Below, piece after piece: positions 27,271 to 37,470 of a DNA stretch of 64,000 bases. Under the pieces are notes generated by a model. It worked only from the letters and a program-made list of their open reading frames with translations. It was not told where the DNA came from and did no database searches. The stretch's first letter is position 1; each line of letters starts with the position of its first letter. The DNA is from Antedon mediterranea (lineage: Eukaryota > Animalia > Echinodermata). The DNA is taken from positions 2,372,422-2,436,421 of the forward strand of contig NC_092678.1 in NCBI RefSeq assembly GCF_964355755.1. Direction: 5' to 3'. A program made the translations under genes and the position numbers.

Positions 27271-27552
27271 AGATGCTACATATCTTTCATCTACTACTAC
27301 TTACAACTGGAGGTATGTAAAAACACAAAACATTTTCTTTTTATTGTAGACAAGTACCGACAATGAAAGACCCATTTGTTATTCATGTCACCAATTCTTA
27401 TTGTGGGAGAGTTCTCTCAGCCTATGTTTCATCCACACTCTATAGTTATCAATTAATCTCCTTTACAACCAGCTAAGTTTCGCCTTAAATAAAACCTCTA
27501 TCCTATTACATTATATCAGGGTATTGTCATGTTTAAAACCTCTATCCTATTA

Positions 27553-29320
27553 GGCGTCATCTACAAATTATTTCAGACCACAGAGACGCGTCTGAAAACT
27601 TGCAACCCATCAGACGCGTCTGTCCAATGCTGAACCTCATTAACGATCTATTATGAATATTCATGAGCTACCCAATCGCGGCGAAGACGCGTCTGTGTGA
27701 TTAAAACCCGTCTTCGCTGTTAGTAGGTAAAACAATAGAAAACGCGTCTGAGTGATTAAAACCCGTCTGTATTGCTTGTATGGTGAAACAACATTGGTAT
27801 CATTTCACAGAACCAACAAATCTGAGACTAGGCCTAGGTTATCCTAATTTGGACGGAAATTCGCCGATGAGACGACATCGGGCCTGTGGACCTCAGCTCA
27901 TGCAGAGAGAAAGAAAGTCTAGGCTAGCCTAGTTTCGGCGGCCTACACTTCTATCTAGGCCTCCTAGCCTAGCTAGGCCTATAAATTATTTAACGCTCCT
28001 ACCTTGGGTTAGCGAATTATAAAAACAATGACGCCTAGGCTAGGATATGAAAATAAATATATATTCCATATTAAGATTTAACATAGGCCTAGGGCATAGG
28101 CCGTTTAAAATGAGTACGACATGTGTAAAGAAAAAGGCTCGACCAGAATTTGGAGGGGAAAAAACATGTGAGCAGTTTAGAGCTAGAGATTCGAGAGAGA
28201 GTATTATGTTTCATGTCATGTGACACAAAATCCAGGTACACTATCTTAATTACTGTTTTATCGTCGTCAGACGGCAGCCATCAGAGTATCGCGTTTCATG
28301 CCATGTGCCCAAAAAAACTATGTCTGTATTTATTACGGTCTTCTGTCGGCAGTCTTTTTGAGCGAAATGTTGAGCGACCGACTGAAAACGTTCTGATACT
28401 ATATTTAGAATGAATTGTTTACGATCTTTTTTTCTCGGCATCGTTCTGGATGGACTGGACGTTCGCTATAATATGTTTATTAGTTGGCCTGTTCGTTGAG
28501 GTTCACCTGTGTTGGATCGCGTGTCTCTACGTTTACATCGTGGGAAATTTATATTTATATTCGCCGTTGAGTAGGTAAACACGCACGAAGGAAACGATTA
28601 CGATTAAAAAATATTATATTATATTTACAACTTGGTCCTCCGCCAGTTAAATTTAACACATTAATTTCACACCTTACTTCACTAAGAACATCGTAGGGTT
28701 GTTTATTTAGGTTAACTCCCTACGAAGTTCAGAATGTAGTTCATTGAAAGTTGTTTATTGAGGTTACGAAGCCAAACAATGGAACCTACGAAGACAACAA
28801 CGTGGCCTACGATCAAGCTACTTCGTAGGTAAAGTTGCAGTATTTTCTTTCTGTACTGTCTGTAGGTCAATAGTTTGAGTGATTCCATGTTCCAAAAGTT
28901 AACTTTAACGTTTTTGCATGTGGTAAATTCACTCTTTACCACAAGAAAAATAAAATCGCAAAAAATAAAAGGTCGCGAACCCGGTCGCGAATAAATAGAA
29001 ACGAAAATTTGCGCTTTACATACTCTGTCGGCGGTAAAAGGGTATACCTGTACTGATTTGTTTGTCTTACTGCCGGTTGTAAATAATAATTTAATATCAC
29101 ACGCTCTCAATGAATTCACTTGTATGTAGCGCATTTAACACCAGTACACAGTATAACAATGTGCAGTCAGCCGTATATAGGGGCGGGGCCATAGTCGAAC
29201 ATGCATATTGGCGTCTAGACGCAGCCAAATCAGACGGGTTTTGAGACGCGTTTTTGGGTAAACAATAGAAAACACGTCTGGACGCTGATTTGTGGTCTGA
29301 AATAATTTGTAGATGACGCC
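27553..29320. mobile_element. Non-autonomous PIF/Harbinger-like element inserted in a 44-bp minisatellite
   Basis: 29-bp TIR ggcgtcatctacaaattatttcagaccac / gtggtctgaaataatttgtagatgacgcc. The TTA TSD is confirmed by the empty-site units (tcctattacattat) of the flanking 44-bp repeat at 27491-27552 and 29321-29395. Confidence 0.9.
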
Positions 29321-29406
29321 TTACATTATATCAGGGTATTGTCATGTTTAAAACCTCTATCCTATTACATTATATCAGGGTATTGTCATGTTTAAATAAT
29401 TAGTTA

Positions 29407-29563
29407 AGGTTGGTTACCACTAGGACGCAACACAAGAACGTAACGCATTGCAAATTGATTTGACCAATCAAAAGCAATTGATTATTGGAACAGTTGCGTT
29501 TGATTGGTCGACCTGCTTGTGTTACGTCTACGTCCTTGCATTGCGTCAAGTGGGAACCAAGCT
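29407..29563. mobile_element. MITE family 2, diverged copy
   Basis: aggttggttaccactagga...aagtgggaaccaagct. Confidence 0.75.
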
Positions 29564-29917
29564 TTGGTGGGAGGAATCACGTCTTGGAGTAAATCCTGAT
29601 CATCTCTTCTCTTTGCAAATAATGTTGTTTTGATATGGATTTTCCATTCAAAGAAGAGGCCATAGGAGCAAAGAATGAGGCCATAGGAGCAAAATATTTT
29701 ACCTAATTCATCATTCTTGCATTGTTCATAACATTAAGTCAAAATTTGAAATTAATTAAATGGTTTTTTTTGTGTTTTTCAGGTTACGCAAGATTGGAGA
29801 TGGACAACTTATTTCTATTTTTTATTAATTTTTTTTATTTTGCACATAGCTTTCATAATTTAATTAAATTAATTAAAAATAAATAATATAATTATAAAAT
29901 AAATTTTGTAATTAGCA

Positions 29918-31524
29918 AATCCTCACTAGCAATGAACAAAATTTAACCTTAAAAAGCAATCAAATTTCTTAAAATATAACTTCAAATTGTATAGTGATCA
30001 CCCACACAGGAGTGCTTCCTTGATATCATGATTGTATGCATTTTAAATTTCTCTATTTTTCTTTTAAATGGTATCAAGAAAAATTAAAATTTATTCAATT
30101 TATAGTTGATCACCTACGCCAGAGGGGATACTGATATCATGATTGCTTTCATTTTTCTGATTTGGTTTTACATGGTATCAAATAAATGAAATTTAAACTA
30201 AACTGTTTTAATTGAATAATCACTAATCAATAGTGATTTAATAATTAATATTTTAATTATTGTAATTTGTTTTTGCTGGTGAGGTTCTTTTTTCTTCTAT
30301 GGTGTATTAGCAAATCCTCATTAGCAACAACAAAATAATTGTAATAATTCAAAACAAAAATTTAAATCTTGTTTAAATGAAAATCAAAATTTATTTTTAA
30401 ATTTCCTAAAATTATATCTAACTTTATATTAAATCTGGATTCACTTGTCTCGGAATGTCAAGTGTATTCCCTGATACCATGATTGTTTTAAATTTTTCAC
30501 CTCTATTTTCTTTTTTCATGGTATTATAAAAAAAATTCAAAATTTGAAATCTCATAGGGGTTTACTTGTCTCGGAATGTCAAGTGAAATCCCTGATACCA
30601 TGATTGATTGTTTTTATTTTACATTTTTGTTTTACATGGTATTCAAATAAATAAAAATTGTAAATGTTATACAATTGCTAACAACTTTGGCTTAAGTAAT
30701 TTATTTAAATGTAAACATTTATTTTTGCTAATGAGGTTCTTTTTTTTCTCTCTTGGGTGCAATTGTAATTCAGAACCCCACATTAGTGAATTTAATCAAA
30801 ACAAATGTAATTTTATTAAAAATTTAAAGGGGTTTTCTTAAAATTTTTTCCAATATTTGCTTACATTTCTTGAAATAACTTGAAATTTAATTTTAAAAGA
30901 CATCTCATTCTGAAAATGTTGAGGGTAATTCAAGATACTATTATTAACAATTTAAATCTATTTCGTTTGGAATGGTATCTTAAAAATCAATTTATAAATA
31001 AAAAGTACATACTGTGTCTGCACAGTATGTATCAAAATTGTTGAATTGATACCATGATTGTTTTTATTTTAAATGTTTCCTATTTTGGTTTACATGGTAT
31101 TAAAAAATAATAAAAAAAATTTAAAAAACTAATAAGTAAATGATGTTTGCTAATGGGGTTCTGTTTACTCTTGCTTTGGTCCTGGTGCAATGTTTAGAGT
31201 TCAAATTGTGTACACTCATTAGCAATGAACAAAATAACTGTAATTTTATATTAACTTGTTGAATTTCTTTTTTAAAATCTTGAAAATACTTTTGGCAATT
31301 ATTAATTTATTTAAATCTAAATTGAATGTACCTATCCATGTATTAACCTCTGTGGGATAGGATAATGCGTGATACCATTATTATTTACTATTTTGGCTTT
31401 ATATGGTATCAAAAGAAAACATATTTATATTTAAATTTATTCAAAACGTTTCATTATATAAACTGTGATACTTTACAAATTTGACTAAAAATTTAAATTT
31501 AGTGATTTGTTTTTGCTGATGAGT
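29918..31524 (+). other. Array of four diverged units with predicted conserved RNA secondary structure (unidentified family)
   Basis: Four closing stems (cctcactagcaa/ttgctggtgagg and variants) with compensatory and G-U changes, plus seven internal gata(c/t)(c/t)at...atggtat stems; detailed in findings. Confidence 0.6.
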
Positions 31525-31552
31525 TTATTTTCTTTCTTTGTACAACTTAGTA

Positions 31553-31815
31553 CCGTACTTGCGTAAATAAGCTGCCGTTTATTTTGGATTTAGTAATCAC
31601 CCTCTTAAAGCGTTAAGTTTGCGCAATTGCTAGACGCATGGTTATTGCCTACAAACATTTTAAAATTTTAACTGATTTTCGCCCATGGGTTTTCTACATT
31701 ATAAATTTAGTATATGGTCTTAACGTTGTGTGTTATTTTCCGAGAACATATCTCATCTAAAAAATGTCCTGTAAAATTCCACTGCAAAACTTCTGCGTAA
31801 TAAGAGAGAGTACGG
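31553..31815. mobile_element. Tc1/mariner-pogo-like MITE
   Basis: ta|ccgtact ... agtacgg|ta termini, consistent with a TA TSD. Confidence 0.55.
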
Positions 31816-32417
31816 TACCTTAATCTATTTTAATTGTGTAGATATAAATTGTTTTTTAACCATGTTTGTTGATCACTTGAAATACGATGAGAACCAATGC
31901 AATGGTACCACACATACCAATGACGTTGACGGGGAGCCACAGAATGTGATGAACCATTTACAGATGTTTAAATGGTATGTCTGCAATATTCAAAATTTGT
32001 TTTAATTATTATTTATTCTTAATAGTGTCTGTAAAAATGAACATGATACTAGCCTAACTTAACTTAGATTTTTAGCTTTACCCATATTTATATTAATAAT
32101 GTATATTATTATCCACATTTATTTGATAAGCAGTGGTGATTGGGTAACATACATTAACATAAGAAGACTTCTTATAAAAATGAATTCATCATTTGAAAAA
32201 CTAAGGTGAATAACTGTCATCACTTATCAGTGTTAAATATATGTTCTTTCAGGTACGTGCTTCGACCAATCAAAGAAGACTATTTGTCGAGGAGCATCTC
32301 AGAGGAGGAAGCTTCGATTCACCACCAATTTCAAGATCAACAAACATTTATATATTTGATTGTCATTTTAATATTGTAATTGTTAAGTGAAGTGGAATAA
32401 TCTTTATAACAATTTTC

Positions 32418-32788
32418 AAAATTATTTTTTCTATTGGCAAATGTTTTGGCTATTTGTTTAAAATTTATCTAATTTTATTTTAAATTGATTAAATTATAAT
32501 TTTTTTAAATGGAAATTTGGTTTTAAATTATTTATTATTAGTTTTATTGTAAATTGTGATTTAAATTCAAATCAAATTTAACCTTGCAAATTTCAAATAA
32601 AATTATTTTTTCTATTGGCAAATGTTTTGGCTTATTTGTTTAAAATTTATGTAATTTTATTTTAAATTGATTAAATTATAATTTTTTTTAATTGAAATTT
32701 GGTTTTAAATTATTTATTATTAGTTTTATTGTAAATTGTGATTTAAATTCAAATCAAATTTAACCTTGCAAATTTCAAATAAAATTTT
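32418..32788. repeat. ~180-bp AT-rich tandem duplication
   Basis: aaaattattttttctattggcaaatgttttggc...caaatttcaaataaaatt occurs twice. Confidence 0.85.
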
Positions 32789-33624
32789 TACGTGAATTCC
32801 ACTTCACTTTTTATTTTTATATTATGTATTTATAGTTATTTTGTATTTAGTTACAGATTTCTTCCGAACTCTAAGCATTGTACAATGCACCTCTCTGCCA
32901 CCCCCTCGTGTGCCCCACTACACCGATGGGTATCAGCCTGCTCGGCTACACGGTGGATGCTTCCTCGGGTCGTGTTCGTTGCTCCTGCTAAGTGGTGAGT
33001 TTGCTTTAAGATTTTCTATGAAAGTTTTAGATACACGTTTCATGTTCTATGTAAACTACATTTTGACCAAATGCTTGTGAGAGTCCTTTACAGTCCTTTG
33101 TGGTGTTGGCATTGTGGCGGTGGCACCATCATCAGTGTATGGGTTTACGAACTAAACAAAGCAGGAGTTAAATAACTTAATAGACTGGTTTCAGTATATT
33201 TTATGGTTCCGTTTCCAATTTAAATAATTTAATAACTCAAAAGACATTTGCGTGCATGTACAGTAAAAATGTTTTGAACTTTTTGGTGGTTAGACAAACT
33301 TTGTGTGATGCATTCCTCTTCGATCTGGCTAAGTAAGCAGGCAGGAAATTATACGATACTATTCTCAAAGTATGCTTGATATATTTATCCCAAAGATTTG
33401 GTACCAATTTAATTAAATACAATCAAATAATTTAGCATACCAATAATTCACAATCTCACACATTACAAGCAATACAATAAATATAAATTTTTATATTTGC
33501 AACAAAAATGATTAATATAACTATTTGAAAAATAATTTGAAGGTGACATTTTAAATTGAAAATTCTCTAAAAATAAATATTAAAATTTTAAATTAACTAA
33601 ATTCATTGTAAATTTAATTTTGTT

Positions 33625-34755
33625 TAAACTTAGCTGCCAGTTAGTGGATTTTAAAACTTAGCTGTCTGTAAAGGGATTTAAAAACTTAGCTGCCCGTAAG
33701 GGGCTTTTAAAACTCAACTGCCCTTAAGAGGCTTTTAAAAATTGGCTGCCAGTAAGGGGCTTTTAAAATTTAGATGCTCGTAGGGGGCTTTTAAAACTTA
33801 GCTGCCCGTAAGGGGCTTTTAAAACTTAGCTGCCCGTAAGGGGTTTTTAAAACTTAGCTGCCTGTAAGGGCCTTTTAAAACTTAGCTGCCCGTAAGGGGT
33901 TTTTAAAACTTAGCTGCCCGTAAGGGCCTTTTAAAACTTAGCTGCCCGTAGGGGGTTTTTAAAACTTAGCTGCCCGTAGGGGGCTTTTAAAACTTAGTCG
34001 CCAGTGAGTGGTGCATTTAAAACTTAGCTGCCAGTAAGGGGCTTTTAAAACTTAGCTGCTCGTACAAGGCTTTTAAAACTTAGCTGCTCGTAGGGGGATT
34101 TTATAACTTAGCTGCCCGTAAGGGGCTTTTAAAACTTAGGTGCCCGTAAGGGCTTTTTAAACTTAGCTGCTCGTACGAAGCTTTTAAAACTTAGATGCCC
34201 GTAAGGGGCTTTTAAAACTTAGGTGCCCATAAGGGGCTTTTAAAAATTGGCTGCCAGTAAGGGGCTTGTAAAAATTGGCTGCCAGTAAGGGGCTTTTAAA
34301 ATTTAGCTGCTCGTAAGGGGCTTTTAAAACTTAGCTGCCCGTAAGGGGTTTTTAAAACTTAGCTGCCCATAAGGGCCTTTTAAAACTTAGCTGCCCGTAG
34401 GGGGTTTTTAAAACTTAGCTGCCCGTAGGGGGCTTTTAAAACTTAGTCGCCAGTGAGTGGTGCATTTAAAACTTAGCTGCCAGTAAGAGGCTTTTAAAAC
34501 TTAGCTGCTCGTACAAGGCTTTTAAAACTTAGCTGCTCGTAAGTGGATTTTATAACTTAGCTGCCAGTAAGGGGATTTTAAAACTTAGCTGCCCATAGGA
34601 GGCTTTTAAAAATTAGTCGCCAGTAAGTGTTGAATTTAAAACTTAGCTGCCAGTAAGGGGATTTTAAAACTTAGTCACCTGTAAGGGCCCCTAGTTGCCA
34701 GTTATTGGTGAATTTAAAACTTAGTCACCAGTGAATGGTTAATTTAAAACTTGGC
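33625..34755. repeat. ~29-bp minisatellite array 1 (ttttaaaacttagctgcccgtaaggggc)
   Basis: More than 35 tandem, moderately diverged units. Confidence 0.93.
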
Positions 34756-35089
34756 TTTAATCTATGAAGTCAATTTGCTGACCATTTACTTATGGAAATT
34801 TTTATTCCAATAAATAAATGTTGTTAAATTTATTTGTTTCATTTTGTTAATATTTTTTGTTGCAAATATAATAAAAACAATTTAAATATATGATTTAAAC
34901 CCTGCATCAATGCATAATTTAATTTATTTTGGTCCACACAAATTCAATGAGAAGTCGTCATTGTAATTAAACATTAGATTATAAACAATTCATTAAGTAT
35001 TTTGTAAAGCATCATTCATCATTCAAGTGTATTTTCTACCAAAACAAACATTAATAAATTACTAAAGCTAGGAATCATTTTTTTTTTAA

Positions 35090-36012
35090 AGCTTAGCAGC
35101 CCGTAAGTAACAATTTAAAACTAAGTTGCCAGTGATTGGTGAATTTGAAACTTGGTTGCCCGTAAAGGATTTTAAAACTTAGCTGCCTGTAAGAGGCTTA
35201 TAAAACTTAGCTGCCCGTAAGGGGCTTTTAAAACTTAGCTTCCCGTAAGGGGCCTTTTAAACTTAGCTGCCTGTAAGGGGCTTTTAAAACTTTCTCTGCC
35301 CGTAAAGGGCTTTTAAAACTTTACTGTCTGTAAGTGGCTTTTAAAACTTAGCTGCCCCTAAGGGCCTTTTAAAACTTAGCTGTCCGTAAGGGTCTTTTAA
35401 AACTTAGCTGCCCGTTAAGGGGCTTTTAAAACTTAGCTGCCTGTAAGGGGCTTTAAAAACTTTCTCTGGCCATAAGGGGCTTTTAAAACGTAGTCTCCCG
35501 TTAGGGCCTTTTAAAACTTAGTCACCGATGAGTGGTGAATTTAAAATTTAGCTGCCGTAAGGTTTTTAAAACTTAGCTGACCGTAAGGAGCTTTTAAAAC
35601 TTAGCTGCCTGTTAGGGGCTTTTAAAACTTGGTCGCCAGTGAGTGGTAAATTAAAACGTAGCTGCCCGTAAGGGAATTTTAAAACTTGGCTGCCCGTAAG
35701 GGGCTTTTAAAACTTAGCTGCCCGTTAGGGGCTTTTAAAACTTTGTCGCCAGTGAGTGGTAAATTAAAACTTAGCTGCCTGTAAGGGCCTTTTAAAACTT
35801 AACTGCCAATAAGGAGCTCTTAAAACTTAGCTGCCCGTTAGGGGCTTTTGAAACTTAGTCGCCAGCGAGTGGTAAATTAAAACTTAGCTGCCCATACGGG
35901 GCTTTTAAAACTTAGCTTCCCATAAGGGGCTTTTAAAACTTAGTCGCCCGTGAGTGATGAATTAAAAACTTAGCTGCCCGTAAAAAGGCTTTTAAAACTT
36001 AATCGCCAGTGA
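35090..36012. repeat. ~29-bp minisatellite array 2 (same family)
   Basis: About 30 tandem units in the same orientation as array 1. Confidence 0.93.
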
Positions 36013-37029
36013 GTTTGTTTTGGTAGAGTTTATACATACAGACATTTGGTTACTACAGACATTAAGAATGTAAACAAATTTACACTAAAGCAAATAATGG
36101 CTTCTCTTAATTTAAGATAGGAATAGTTGGTACCGTATCTGAAGGGTAAATGAGTTGGGCAGTATAACAATTACACTGTGCTGTCCTGAAAACGAAGTCG
36201 TTGGGTTTGGTATTACCAGAGAGTCAACCTTATTAAATTATATAATCCAAATTATGTACTGCACAATTTGTTTTCTTGAGCTAATATAGGCATCAAAATT
36301 ATTGACATCAAATTTTCTGAAACCAGTCTGGCTTTATTTTCCACAACAAAAGATTGGGTTTGCATTCGTGTCGTGCGAAGCTATTACAAGCTTTGTTCAA
36401 CATAAATGCGTCCAGTTTGATGTTTTGGGAATTTAGTCTTAGGACCTCTTACCTTTCCAACTGTAAATATTAATATACAATGTAACCTTCTGGTTATGTT
36501 TAAAATAATATAGGTGATTATATGTATATCAAAACTTGTCAAAATTCTTTATTATTCATATTTATTTTATAGATTTTTTAATATTAAAACTTGTCAAAAT
36601 ATAATTGAAATATCCAAATTTTAATATAAACATATTCAATAATTCCTATGCTCAAATAGCATATAACTCCACTCCTGATGACGTTTAGGAGAGCCCAGGG
36701 CGATTCCCTCATGTGTCAGCGTCCCTGCATTGGAGTATTGGGTTCTCACTTGTGTTTGGTCTTTCTGTAGTTTACATTGAACTTTAATCGTTGTCGATTG
36801 AAACTTGTGTCTTTGACTTTCTAGATGTCTTGGAGCATTCTTGCAGCTTAGTAGTTGTGGCGGACACGACCCGAGGAAGCATCCACCGTGTAGCCGAGCG
36901 GGCTGACCCGATCGGTGTAGTGGGGCACACGAGGGAGTGGCAGAGAGGCTTTGCTTTATTTTGTACATGAAATAAAAATGATTGATTCACTATGTGCACT
37001 CTTGTCTTTTATTCATTGGTGTAATTGCG

Positions 37030-37470
37030 AGCACCCTCTACTAAAGAGGGTACTCCCATGTTGGTTCCCTCTATTAAAGAGGGCGCCCTCATTGTTGAAA
37101 CACCCTCTTTGGTGCAAGGCTTTAATTACAACCTTTGCACCAAAGAGGGCGTCCTAACCATGAAGGCGCCCTCTTTAGTAGAGGGACCCTCTTTAGATTA
37201 AGGCTCTATTATTATAGAGCCTTATTACTAAAGAGGGCGTCCTTTACACAGAGCACAATCTTTAGTGTAACGGCACTATAATAGAGCTTTTACACTAAAG
37301 AGGGCACCCTTTATATAGAGCACCCTCTTTAGAGTAAGGGCTTCATTATAATAAAGCCTTTACACTAAAGAGGGCACCCTTTATACAAGCTCTATACTAC
37401 GGATAAAGCACCCTCTCCAAATATAAAATCTCTATCAATAGAGACTTTACACTAAAGAGGGCGCATTTAT
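37030..37470. repeat. Degenerate repeat with a ctaaagagggc(g/a)ccct core
   Basis: Recurrent palindromic aagagggcgccctc/agagggcaccct motifs. Confidence 0.7.

Noticed and set aside
31514-31524. Hammerhead core CUGAUGA in unit 4 of the structured array
   Set aside because: Not conserved in the other three units (ctggtga, ctaatga, ctaatgg), and it lies inside the closing stem.
29918-31524. Telomerase RNA (closing stem plus pseudoknot)
   Set aside because: No CUAACCCU-type template is visible, and the domain is repeated four times.
32890-32978. HDV-like ribozyme (cac-cccctc-gtg resembles P3/L3)
   Set aside because: No upstream P1 partner for the following tgcccca and no convincing P2/J4-2 in either copy.
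33625-36012. CRISPR-like look of the ~29-bp repeats
   Set aside because: Units are head-to-tail with no unique spacers, there are no cas genes and the context is eukaryotic; this is a minisatellite.
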